Positions 1 to 12,233 of a DNA stretch of 64,000 bases are shown piece by piece. The notes beneath the pieces are model-generated. The model was given only the letters and a program-made list of their open reading frames with translations, searched no databases and was not told the origin of the DNA. Source of the stretch: Felis catus (lineage: Eukaryota); assembly GCF_018350175.1 (NCBI RefSeq), contig NC_058368.1, positions 67,768,001 through 67,832,000 on the forward strand, read 5' to 3'. Both the position numbers and the translations under genes were made by a program. Each line of letters begins with the position of its first letter. The stretch's first letter is position 1.

Positions 1-103
1 TTTAAAATTGAAGCATGTGTATTTCTTAACTTGTTCAAAGAACATTTATTCAGATGTCTGGTAAGTGTAAAGGACTGGGCTTTATAAAGGAAGAGTTGGG
101 ACG

Positions 104-331
104 GGGGCACTTGGGTGGCTCAGGCAGTGAAGTGCCCTCTTGATTTTGGCTCAGGTCATGATCTCATGGTTCGTGAGTTCAAGCCCCACATCAGGTTCCA
201 CACTGAAAGTGCAGAGCCTGCTTGGGATTCTCTCTCTCCCTCTCTCTGTCTCTCCCCTGCTTGTGCGCAGGTGCTTTCTCTCTCTCCCTCCCTCTCTCAA
301 AAATAAGTAAATAAACTTAAAAAAAAAAAAA
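104..331 (+). mobile_element. Can-SINE (SINEC_Fc-like)
   Basis: ggggcacttgggtggctcagg head, ggtcatgatctc core, (CT)n, aataaa and poly-A tail. Confidence 0.92.
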
Positions 332-849
332 GAAGAGTCAGAATTAAAGTCTTCCCTCAGGGAGCTTTCAGATCACCTGTCTTTCTGTGTTGTTGGAAAA
401 TGCCATCCTACTGGAGCAAAGAGCAGCTACTTACAGTATTTCTTAGAACCTGCTTCAGATATTTGATTTCTTATGGTAGATGTAGTTCGATGGAGATAGA
501 TTTCTCTCTCTGTCTCTCTCTGTCTACCTATTTATCTGTTGAGGGACAGAGGAGCAAGAGACAGATACTGAAACGAAGGATGAAATTCATTGCCAACATG
601 GAAAAGAGGAGCACGGCATCCTGATTTATCATATGAAACATTAGAAAAGAGAAAAGAGTCTTTACCAAATATGCTTGTACCTTGCTAGACCTTTCTGAAG
701 CTAATAATTAAACTAAGGTTATCTGTCTAGCTGCAGAAAAATGAAAGTATATTTTTAAAGCCTGCTTCCTTAAAATGAAGTGTGAATGTTTTGAAGCTCA
801 AACCCATCTGAAAAATGCAAACATTTTGATTTGCTGAGAGAGTTAATTA

Positions 850-1053
850 TCATCTACACTTATTTTCACTCCCAGTGTCTCAGCAATTTCTTCTCCCATA
901 TTCATGGTATTGCCACCCATGTAGGTTTCCAAGCTTGGACATTTTGAGCTGTTCTTAATTTCTCCCTCTCTTACTGCTTCACATGTAATAGCTAGATCTT
1001 ACTGATTCTACTTCTGGAATATTTCTCAAATTTTTACTCTTTTGTTCTACTGC

Positions 1054-1117
<64 letters not shown>

Positions 1118-1580
1118 TGTGTCTCATTTCTCTCTTGTATCATAGTAATTTCTTATTTAGTGTTTCACATATTTTTTTTTCAATATTTATACAGCATTTG
1201 CTACTATCTGTTACCCATGTTACTAAAACCACCATCATTTAACTCCTGTCATAGCTGAACTCCAGATCCCATAAACGGTTATTTATTTGATATCTCCATT
1301 TGGCAGTCCCATTAGTATTTTACATTTAACTTATCCAAAGCAGAACTCAGAATTCACCCTGAATCGCCAGACTCCCAATGTGTTTCACATTTATTTCCTC
1401 CTTTTCAATAAGTAAATAGATCCGTCAGCCTTCCTCTAGCTCAAACACAAACATCAGAATCATCTTTGATTCATTCCTTGTTTCCTCCCCTTATTCAACC
1501 CTTCATGAAGTCCTATCAATTTGACTTCCAACATTTATCTTGAATCCAGCCACTTTTCTCCATCTCTGCATCAGGCTACC
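850..1580 (+). mobile_element. L2 LINE fragments (ancient)
   Basis: L2-like motifs e.g. aatcatctttgattc...tcttgaatccagccacttttctccatctc. Confidence 0.55.
1059..1122. repeat. Compound microsatellite (CT)n(GT)n
   Basis: Directly visible. Confidence 0.97.
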
Positions 1581-3094
1581 AAATCCAAGTATGGATCAAA
1601 TCCAAGTATGGTTCAAATCCAAATATGTCACTTAGCTGTGTGACCTTGAGTAATTAATGTCTGAAAGTCTTGGTTTCAGATGCAAAAGGAGATTTTTAAA
1701 GAAAAAAAGGCATCATTAAAAAAAATCTAAAAGTGTGGCTTTACTTATCAAGAGCCAAAGTCTCACTGAATGAGGAAACACGTGTACTGATTTGGTCTTT
1801 TTATCTCCCCCAAACTGATTTATTTTGAAGGGAGAAAGAAAGAGGAGTACTTAGATTCTCAGTGGAAGTGATATTAGTGCCTAGGAGGGGTGTCTTTACT
1901 GACCTTTTTTGGTGGGGGCAATGCTAGAGTTGTCTTGTAGTAATGTGACTTTCAAATATTCTACTATGTTCAGAAATGAGATTAGCCTTGATGTGTGGTA
2001 GGATTTCAAGATAGAAGGTATGTTTTTTTCAGATATTTTATAGAATACAGAAGTATTTTGACTCAACATTTAAAAAGAGGATCTAGCTCATTTATGAGAA
2101 TATCATATTTCCCTGTTTAATCAAAAAATCCATCTTGGTAATTTGTCATGGTGTGTTACCTTTGCTTCGTTTAATAAGGTTATTCTCCTCTTTGTCTTAT
2201 GATATGCATACATATTTAGAAGCCAGATCTGTTCTTACCCAACCACTATTTTTAATCCTAGTGTCCACTAACACGTTTTTCTTGTTCAGTTTCTTCTTGA
2301 AAGGGATGACTTCTAGGTTCCTTCTTTCATATCCAAACAAGATAGTTAAGAGACACAAGCATCTGATGTTTTGATGTTGTCTGCTGTACTTGGGTCTGGG
2401 CATTTCCATGTTGAAATATACAGTGTTCTATTATGAATTACTTAAAAAATATCTCCTTCACATTACATTGGGGGCATTTTATGTTAATTTTGCAAAAATT
2501 GCATGACATTTAAAGTGGGACTTTTAAAGGGACTATTTACAAAATCTTTGTTCAACATAAGCTACTGCTGGGTCTGATGGAGTTGAAAACCACAGATCTA
2601 GGTGCAAAAGTGCCCCTGAGAAAAGACCAGAGAAGAGCTAAAGGGGCTGGCAGACAGTAAGGGCAGAAGTTTGGCTGAGAAAGTGCAGATTGTATGGACC
2701 AGGCTATGACAGTTGGGGTCATAACAGGGTGGCCGTAACAGCAGGAGTCAAGATCTACACATGAGTCCAGGTGAGATTAGCCACACACTGTGGAGAGGGC
2801 TGTAGGAACAGAAAACTCCCCACATCTCCTTCATCCAATATGAAGATGTCTCCCTTACCTCAGATCATCCCAGAGGAAGGCAAAGAGAAAGAGGAGAGGA
2901 GACACAGGAACCTGAATATTTACCCCAAAGAGATAGAGGTTTACTGAGAAGTGATGGGTTAAAATAAGTTGGATACTTTCCATTTTCCTGTCTTTCAGAA
3001 AATCAGTTGTAAAGGCAAAGTTTCATTCTGTTATTAGAAAATAAATGAAGTTACACCTTTCCATAAGGAGTTTGCAGGTTCATGACCGTGAATG

Positions 3095-4290
3095 ATTTTC
3101 TCCACCTTTCCCATGCTAGTTCACACCCTCGTCCTCTCTTGCCTGGAAAACTGCACCAGCCTCCTCACTGGCTTCCCTACTTTCTCTCTTATCCCTCCTA
3201 ATCCAATGCATTCCTTATGGAGCCGAATGAGCTTTTAATGTCAATTATTCTTGTCGTTTCCTTGCTTAAAACTCCTTGCTGGCTTCTTTGCACCTGTTAC
3301 CATGCTCTATGTGATCTGCCCCAACCATCCTGTCTAACATCTTTTCTCTGCCTTGAGCCAGCCAAGGCCTTTCCTACTTCAGACCTTTGCACTTGTTGTT
3401 CTGCTGAGAAAGCTCTTCTTCAGGATGTTTGGCATGGCTGGTTCATTCCAATCCTTCAGGGCTCAGCCCCTTTGCCTCTTCATAACAATGGTCTTTTCTG
3501 AGTGCCCAATGGTATGGACCAAATCCTTTTCACCCTTGCCATTTATATCCTTCGCTACATCACCCTCCACATTTACCCTGATAAATCACGTGTAATGGTA
3601 CCAGGTGACATGCCAGGCAATGGGGAATCCATCCTTCTAGTTGCATAGGTCCAAGCCTTGGCATTGTACTTGACTCCCCCTTCCTCTTGTTCCTTACATT
3701 CAATCCACCAGGAAAAACTGATGGCTCTGTCTTGAAAATGCAGGCAGCCACTTCCCTCCCCTCCCACCACATCATCCTGGTTATTGGAAAAGCCATTTAA
3801 CTTGTTTTCCTTTTACATTTGCCCTCTTATAGTCTGTTCTCAACAAAACAGTCAAAACAACCCTTTAAAAACTGTTCAGATCCTCCAGTGGCTACCATCT
3901 TTTCATAGTAAATTTCTTATAGTGGCCAACAGGTCCAACAGGACCTGCCTCTCTTATCCCTCTAATGTCTTCCCTACCATTTCCTGGGTAATGTCTTACC
4001 CAGCTGGCATTCACACTCTTGAGGGCAAAAGTCATTGTCTTTAGTGGTCACTAAAGTATCCCAAGTACCTAAAAGTACCTAATACATAGTAGTGTCTCAA
4101 CAGATATTTTTGGGTTAAATGTGTGAATCTTTTTTACTTAATCATCATTTATTTTTCTACTGTTAGAAAGTAAGGTACATGAGGGTAGTGTCCTTTTTGG
4201 TCTTGTTTAATGTTGTTTCCAAAACACTCAGAACAGCATGTGGTATGTGTGAATGCTTAAAAGTTCTTTTTGAAGACATACGTGAATTTC
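3095..4290 (+). mobile_element. Cluster of L2 LINE 3' fragments
   Basis: cagcctcctcactggcttccct, ggcctttcc...tttgcacttgttgtt and L2 3'-end ttgagggcaaaagtcattgtc...acatagtagtgtctcaacagatattt. Confidence 0.6.
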
Positions 4291-7200
4291 TACAATGAAA
4301 AGGTTATTGTATCTGCTTACGCTATACCGCGGTAATGAAGACAGGTAGCAGAGTGGCCATTCATCACTCACAGCCAGCTATCTACGGTGGGTAAAGAGTG
4401 TTATACAATAAAGCAAAGAATTAACTGCTCATATAAATAGAACTTTATGGAAAACAGTAAGTAGGGTTATGGTTCCCCCAAAGTTACAATCATGTAACTG
4501 ATTGGCAGTCCCAATTTAACTGGAATACACTTAGTATATATCACTATTTTTTCTGCAGTTTGCTGTGTCTATACAAACTCTTCTGCTTAACTTCCTCAGG
4601 AAAAAAAGTGACTGCTTTGCTGGTTATTTGGAAAACTGCTTACCATGAGGGCTTTTTTTCTTTTTTAGGTTTGTTTACAAGAATGAAAAAAAAAAAAGTA
4701 TTTCAATGTATAGGAGTCCTTTGTGTTCCTGAAGGAGAGATTCATGCTGCCAATGACTTACATAATCTATTTTGCTTTTCATCTGTATTTGAAGGGCATT
4801 CGTATCTATATATTCCTGTGTGCAAACGTAGGGGATCCAAAACCATTCTCTGTGATTGTTTGGATTGTTAATCTCTCCAGGGTTTCCTCAACATTCTCAA
4901 AGGCAGTTTCTGGCACCAAAGGGAAAATGGAGAAGTTGAGATGCAATTTTATCTCCCAATTGAACTTGATTAAATGGGGACTGTTCTAATCAAAAGTTTC
5001 AATCCTAGGGGAGTGCAATGTTGTTAACGGGCTTGAGAATATTCAAGAAGAACAGGGAAGAAGAGTACTAAAGTGACGGCAGAGAAGGAAGCGGGCAAGA
5101 AAATAATTGTAGTAAAGCTTATTAAGGCATAAAATTAGGTGAACAAATTGCTTCACAGACAGTGTTAAGCTCATTGCTAGACTGGCAAAGGAAGTGGAAG
5201 AGAGTCTTTGAAAACATTATTTTTATTATTTTAATAATTTGTGTAGGATTCATAGTAGCTGCAATCTGTTAGCCAGAAACAATTGCCAGCTGGTGTCATC
5301 GTGGAGTAACTGTAGCAGGCTGAATGCAAACATGTTTTTCCTTTTACCTGGAGAGCATTCAACTTTACAAGGTTTCTATTCATTTGCCCCTGGATGTGAG
5401 GTCTGCCCTTGTAGATAAGGAAACCTGTTTATTGCATGATTTAAGAGCTTCGATTAAGTTCACACCAAGTTCCACAACTGTAATAGGGAGGCCACACCTG
5501 GGACAGACGTGTTTACACAACCAAAGTTACCTCTCATTAAAAATGAATACTTGCATACATGCTTGAATTGTCTGTGTAATTGCTTGATTCTATGCGTTGC
5601 TTTTCCTGTGGTTACCTCGAGGAAATGGTGGCCCTCCATTAGTTATTTTACTAAAAGCAAAAACAGATTTCTGGGATAACCTACACTGAAAAGGGTTAAA
5701 GTGCACTTATTTATGGAACTATACATTTTGTTAATAACGTAACTGTGATATTTTTGTTATCATATTTTCTTCTGAAATTTCCCTAAATAATGTCTTTTAA
5801 CAATGACATAACCATGTCAAGAGTGCTATTGTCTCTCCTCTGTTTATCTGGAAACTGACAGAGTAGGTGTCCCAAACCGTAGGATACAGAGATTGCTCAG
5901 CTTTGTCTCTAAAGCCAGAGGGAGAGGGAAAATAATTTAATTATTCTATTGCAATTCCGTTGCCTCTTCCTGCCTCTTGATTCAAAGGGTCTCCAGAGGA
6001 GAGAGAGGAAATTATGGGCTCTGTTGTTGATGTTCATTGGGTTTCTTCAATGGCGATTTGAATGTATCTCAGGGATGTTAGTGGTTGCTAATCTTGGCTC
6101 TGCTTTCTCCTGGTTTTCCTTGGTTCCATCTCCTCATCTCTGAAATGGGATATTATACTTCTCTTATCTTCCTAGAATGTTGTTCTGAGAGCAAATGAGA
6201 TAATATCTAGAAAGTGCTTTCCATTATACAAATTGCCAAAGCACTGAAGTTATATATTTGGGTAGCTGACAAGGTTATACTTATGCATGTGAGAGCAAAT
6301 GATTTTATAGAAAATGAGAAACTTCTCAAATAAAGTAACATAAAAAAGTATAATGAAGTTTTACTTTGGTAAGCAAAGGTGTATGTTTTTGAATAAGTAA
6401 TACCATTAACCAGATGCATTCAGGAAGTAACTGTTGAGTTCTATTGTTTTCTTTATCACTCACAATTTCTTGCTTTGGAGAGCAGTGTGATGTCATTAAT
6501 AGGATTTTAGCATTTAAGTGAGAGAAAAATAAGTAGAATTAAGTAAGCTTTAAAGAAGCTGATTCATCTTACCCAACACTTTTTTTTTTTTTGTAACTAA
6601 TGTAGGCTCATACAGTATCAGGAAGGGCACTGTTTGTGGTTGTTTATAGAGTTGAAAAGAGGAAAGGAAGCAGAGGCGGGAAGCTTTGTTGAGAAGAATT
6701 CCACCTGTCTAGAACAATAAAAATAACTTTCAATTAGCATCCCTGAAAGAGATCTGGATCTTAACTGATGGCTGTGAAGGGGGTAGTCTGACAAATGGAA
6801 GAGATAGTACACTGTCTCAAGAGAAGACAAGTACCATACCCATCCATAAAGGGGCCAGGTGGGAAGGTTGACTGCTCTAAAGGCAGGAGATGCCAGGTGT
6901 GGTGGACTGGGATTGGCAAGGTAGCCAGGAGGGACATAATCACATTGCATTGTTTCCCTCTTCAACACACCTCCCCTCTCCACATGGGTCAAACGAGTGT
7001 AGGGATTGTGGAGGGGTAGTTACTCCCATTTGATGGTACATCCATTCATTACCTGAAAAACAGAAAATGTTATTAAACAAAGATGTGGTACTCAGGTAAA
7101 TGCAAAATTCACATGTTTGAAAAATAAAGTTAAAAAAATCTGCACGTCAACTAGAGCTTATTTAGCTTATGAAATAGAGGTACGTGTCGGTCTTATCATC

Positions 7201-8527
7201 CACGTTGGGGGTTAGGGGTGAGTCTTGAACATTTGGGAACTCGGTGTGTATTATTAGTAGGATGGATTTTAGGAGGTGACCCCTAAGCTCTTCTAAGTAC
7301 TGCGCGGTTGTGGGCTGGTTGGTCCCGTGGTGGAGGAAATGAAGTGTGCGTTCAACAAAGAGCCTGTGATAGACACCAGGTACCTAATGGATAATTGATG
7401 AATGGATGCTGGTTGCATACAATTGTGGAGTTGGACACACCAAATCTGTAGTTAAGGAGGGACCGGAATAAAACTTGAGCACCAGTTAGAATGTCTTGGG
7501 TAGAAATTAAAAGCAGTCTGGAGCCGATTTTCCCCAGCCAGCTCGAGCGCAGACCTGTCTAGGTGAGTCTGCCCAGCGGTGCGCAAGTGGTATTCCTGCA
7601 CAGAGGCCGGCCAGATTTGCGTCCATCCTCAGGAAGAGAAAGCTGCGGATTTAGAGGTCTCGGATCCGAGCCGGCGGCTCTCCTCGGGGCCTCTCTCCTC
7701 TCTCCGCCTTCACCTCTCTCCCAAATACCTCCTCGCTGGAGGCTGAAGGGATTCCCACCCCCAGCTGCCTCCTCCGAGCCCCGCGGAGCAGCGGACTCCT
7801 CCCCTGGAAACTCCTCCGGGGCTGGGGAAGGCTTTGGCGCATGCTCCGTACCTAGGGCAGGTTTTTGCTGCGGGTAGCAGGGCTCCTGTCACACCGGCTG
7901 GCGGGTTGTGGCGGTGCCAGCCAGGGTGTGCGAGTGTGCCTGCGTGCTCGCGCCTGGGCGGACCGACCCGGACAGCAGTGCGACTCTTCCCGGAGAGGCG
8001 GCTGCGCACAGGCGCCGCGCCCGCAGCCGCCGCGGGGTCTCCTCCGCAAACTTGCGGCGGGCGCCGTCTGCCCTCTCGGCTCCCGCGCCCGGCGACCTGC
8101 GAGCAGAGGCGCCGGGCGCGCGTTCCGAGCGCGGTGCCCGCGGCCGGCCGGGGCGGTGGGGCCGGGCCGCGCCTTCGCCCTTGGCCCGCGCCCTGGCGAG
8201 CCTCATGCAGCCCCCGCGCTCGCGGCCGCAGCCGCCCGGCTGCCCCGGGCAGGTGCAGGACCGGAGCCGCGCTCCTCAGCGCCTGAGCGCCTGAGCGCCG
8301 GCGGCGGGATGCCCCGCGTGGCCTGAGAGCGCGCGCCGCGCCCGGGCGGGAGCGGGGAGCGGGCCGAGCCGGGAGCCCCCGGGAGCGCAGGGCGCCCCAC
8401 GCCGCAGCCGCAGCCACCCGCGCCGGCGCCCGCCTCCCCGCTCGGCTCGCAGGCCCCGGCGCTGCCAGCCCCGGAGTGCCGGAGTGCCGCGGGGCCGCCA
8501 GCCAGCCGCACGCCTCGCGTCAGGGGC

Positions 8528-8632
8528 ATGGAGGAGCGGCGGACTCGGAGCCGCGCCCCGGAGTCCCCGAAACTTCCGAGCGGGCGCCAGTCCGCGCCGC
8601 TGCCGCCGCCGCCGCTTCGCCTGCCGGCCTGA
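8528..8632 (+). promoter_or_regulatory. Upstream ORF, 34 aa (MEERRTRSRAPESPKLPSGRQSAPLPPPPLRLPA*)
   Basis: ggcATGg strong Kozak context; out of frame with HS6ST3; TGA at 8630-8632. Actual translation unproven. Confidence 0.6.
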
Positions 8633-8642
8633 GAGCGGGACC

Positions 8643-9346
8643 ATGGATGAAAGGTTCAACAAGTGGCTGCTGACGCCGGTGCTCACTCTCCTCTTCGTGG
8701 TCATCATGTACCAGTACGTGTCCCCCTCCTGCACCAGCTCCTGCGCCAACTTCGGGGAGCAGCCCCGCGCGGGGGAGGCCGGACAGCCGGCCGCCCCGAG
8801 TCCCGCCCGCCGGGCACAGGCGCCGCCGGAGGAGTGGGAGCGGCGGCCCCAGCTGCCCCCGCCACCCCGGGGGCCGCCCGAGGGCCCTCGGGGGGCCGCG
8901 GCGCCGGAGGACGAGGACGAGGAGCTCGGGGAGCCGGAGGAGGAAGAAGAGGAGGAGGAAGAGGAGCCGGACCCCGAGGCCCCCGAGAATGGCTCCCTGC
9001 CCCGGTTCGTGCCGCGCTTTAACTTCACCCTGAAGGACCTGACCCGCTTCGTGGATTTCAATATCAAAGGGCGCGACGTGATTGTGTTCTTGCACATCCA
9101 GAAGACCGGGGGCACCACGTTCGGCCGGCACCTTGTGAAGAACATCCGGCTGGAGCAGCCGTGTAGCTGCAAAGCGGGCCAGAAGAAGTGCACCTGCCAC
9201 CGGCCGGGCAAGAAGGAGACGTGGCTCTTCTCCCGCTTCTCCACCGGCTGGAGCTGCGGGCTGCATGCCGACTGGACGGAGCTCACCAACTGCGTGCCGG
9301 CCATCATGGAGAAGAAAGACTGTCCCCGCAACCACAGCCACACCAG
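8643..9346 (+). CDS. HS6ST3: Heparan sulfate 6-O-sulfotransferase 3, coding exon 1 (234 codons + 2 nt; rest of gene lies outside the window)
   Basis: Translation MDERFNKWLLTPVLTLLFVVIMYQYVSPSC...: type II signal anchor, Pro/Glu-rich stem, PAPS 5'-phosphosulfate-binding motif FLHIQKTGGTTFGRHL, then WLFSRFSTGWSCGLHADWTEL. Start context gggaccATGg. Recognisable homology ends at NHSHTR, coinciding with CAG|GTACTG at 9346|9347. Confidence 0.97.
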
Positions 9347-11859
9347 GTACTGTCTCCGACCCCCTTTCGCTTCCTGCCACCTCCCCGCCCCTCTCCCCAC
9401 CCCCGGTGCGGACCCTGGGCGGCCCTGCGCTGCCCGAGCCTGCGGGTAGTTTCCCCAGCGTCTTCCAGCGGTCCGGGCAGAGGCTTGGGGAGTGGGACAA
9501 GAAACCTCTGGCTAGAGCCCTGGGCTTGAACTCACTCCTCTCCCTCCCTTACCCCACCCCCGCCCCCGGGGTTCCTGCCACCCTCTTGCATCTTCAGAGG
9601 TGTCCGGGAGCAATAGTGTATGTTCTTCCGTGTGTCTAGGACGGTGCGGCCTCCCGCTGACCGTGGAATGGAGAGGAGGCCTGGGTTAGACTAGCGAGGT
9701 CGGATCTTGCTCCTAAGTTGTGTGAGTGGAAACCCAAACCCGGTAAAAGGCAGGAGGAGCTGGGCGTAGAGAGGCAGGGCAGGAGTTTTACAGACATGCT
9801 GAAGCCCCAGAGGAGCCGAATCCCTCTATAGGTGGCTCTTGGGTGGCTCCTCTCCAGCTAGGGAAACAATCCTCCTGATGTGTCTTTGAAGATACACTTT
9901 CAAATTCCTGCTGTACCTCAATAACCCTAATTCTGGAGATGGTCTTTGTTGCTGAGCAATGCCAGATTTGGACTCATGCTGTTCTCAGCAAGATTTCCAC
10001 TCTCCCCCAGGCCAACCATCAACTCGTGCCAGAGGTGTTAGTTAAATGCCTACTGTGTGCCTGGCAACGTGCTACTTGCTAAGTGAATCCAGAGATACAA
10101 TAAGTAACATCCCTTCCTTTCAAGATAGATGGTTTTCTCCGCCCCATACCCCCTACTTTTAAATAGCAATACTGCTGAGAATTAGGAAAGTTTGAAATCT
10201 TAATAGCCAATGAAACTGCCTACATTATTAACATCCTTTGAGAGAGGCATGGGCTTAAGAATTTGGTTGAATGTTCTTTCTGCCCATTGCAATTTGAAGA
10301 TTAATCTGACATGCTTGCTCAAGGGACTAAAATATTAAAAGCTTGGAACACTAGTTTATTGAAGTTTTTATCTCAAAGGTTTCAAACAATTTGGTGTAAG
10401 GAAATAGGAATTTAAAAACTCAAGCTCAATATGTTGATATCAGATAGCTTTTGCATTTGACATTATGGAAAAACTTCATTTACTGGAAGCTACCCAGATT
10501 CTGAAATTCACCACCACTGAAGCATCTAATTCTACTTCATTTCTCCAAGAATGAGCAAAATTTCATTATGGGATTTTTTAGTCTGGCAGTTTTTCAAATA
10601 CTTTCTCTCCTCCCTGCTCCTTTCCTTGTTTAATGGAAATTGGTCAGAATAGGAAACTGGTTGGGCTTGGTATGAAGGCTCCTTCCTTAGCATATTTTAA
10701 AGACCTTTTACTTTTAAAAATGTCTAATTGTGTAGTATTTTAGATCCTGCCCTTCTATGTCTAGCTCAAAACGGTTTTTCAATTAATTATGACTCTCAAA
10801 CTTCCTGACAAGCAAGATTATTTCAATGAGAGACAATCTTTGCTACCTTTTAGCCAAAGTTGTACTTTTTGTATTGAGACCTTTATGTATTAATTCCTGA
10901 ATGACCCCAAGGAGTCTGCTAGTCTTCTGATTCCCAGCTTCCATTTCAGTAAAACTAGAGACTTTGACTATCACACAGGAACATCTAAAGACTCTTCAAC
11001 AGAGACCGGCAGTATATTCTGCCAATATGTGTAAAACTCACAGTGAATAGATGAAGAGTTTAGGAGGAATTAGAGATTCTGGAACCAAAAATAACTGGAT
11101 TTTTGCTTAGTGTTGAAATGTTGCTGCTACTATAGACCCTACATGGATTACAGCACTGAGGTCTCACTCCCATAGGAAATCCTCAGTATCTGTCTACGCT
11201 GGGATGTAGGAAAATTCCACTGTGGCTATTCGAACTTATAGTTTCTGTTGCACAAGTGCTTCTTCTTGTTTAATGATGGACCATGAACATTTATTTCTCT
11301 CTGAACCACAAGTTATCAGATAATCACCCTGAACCGGTTTGCTTTCTTTTTTTTTTTTTTTTTTTAATTCAAAATTTTCATGGTAGCTTTTTTTTTCTTT
11401 TTACACTACTCTTTATAATCCTTTTTCCTTTTCTTCTACATGCTCTCTCCCCTTCCTGATATTCTAAGTTACTTTTTTGCTCTAGATGTTGTAGGAAGGA
11501 ATGGTTGTGGTTTATGTGAGGTGCCCTACATCTAAAGTTATAGGGAAAAGGTTGAAGGGATGTCCGGTACCATCTTCCTCACCGGGAAGATTGAATTAGT
11601 AGTCTGTCATTGGAATGCCCGAGTACAGCATTCTACAGTCAACTAGATTAGCCTGGATAATGGAGGGTACGTTTCTACAATGCAAAATGGCAGATAATCT
11701 ATTGCTACATAATGGGAACAAGGTTCTTCAAATAGGGCAGACTCTAAGCAAAATCAAGAAGTAGATCATGTTTTAGTTCCCTGGTCTCTTTGCTTTTGGT
11801 CCCCCTGAAAGGCCCCCTCCCCATTTCTCACAGGGATTAGTGTCTTCATAAGTCATGTA

Positions 11860-12120
11860 GTGGGTAACAGCAAGAACTCTGGATTCAGATGGATATGGCT
11901 CTCTTGTGTAACCAAGAGTGGCTCTTACTTAGTAAGCAGGAGTAAGTTACTCTTTCTGAGCCTCAGAATCTTCATCTTTAATGCATAGGTAGTAATTGGT
12001 ACTCTCTTAGAGAGGTGTTACGAGACCTGAAGGGGCAAATGTATGCAACATACTTAACACAGTATCTGTGCATAGTAGAATGTGCTGGTATGTAGTCATA
12101 CTTAACATTAGTTGTTAATT
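11860..12120 (+). mobile_element. MIR SINE
   Basis: aagttactctttctgagcctcag...catctttaatg core and cttaacacagta tail. Confidence 0.6.
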
Positions 12121-12233
12121 GTATTAACAATATTTCTTGAATCAAGGTCATCTTTTATGAAAGGATCTGAGGTGACTTCCTTAGAGCAGTTCATTGTAAA
12201 GTAGGTCACCTTATTTTATAGAGATGCCATTTT

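Larger units (their letters stand above)
7500..9700. promoter_or_regulatory. CpG island covering the HS6ST3 promoter, 5'UTR and exon 1
   Basis: Abrupt shift to very GC- and CpG-rich sequence in an AT-rich, CpG-depleted background; GGGCGG boxes (~7956, ~8151, ~8344); no obvious TATA box. TSS cannot be determined from sequence. Confidence 0.9.

Noticed and set aside
115..306. Recurrent MAQSVK.../SLEPASDSVSPSLS peptides throughout the ORF track
   Set aside because: Translations of Can-SINE copies, not a gene family.
7563..8529. Many overlapping Arg/Pro/Ala/Gly-rich ORFs on both strands
   Set aside because: Expected from stop-codon scarcity in a CpG island; no family resemblance.
8484..9449. 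Treating the 321-aa ORF as a complete single-exon gene
   Set aside because: It begins at a GTG upstream of the canonical Met and runs past the splice donor; the C-terminal catalytic half is missing.
8276..9500. Long antisense ORFs (374 aa and 326 aa) over exon 1
   Set aside because: Shadow frames of a GC-rich CDS; the poly-Ser and Leu runs mirror the Glu tract; no recognisable domain.
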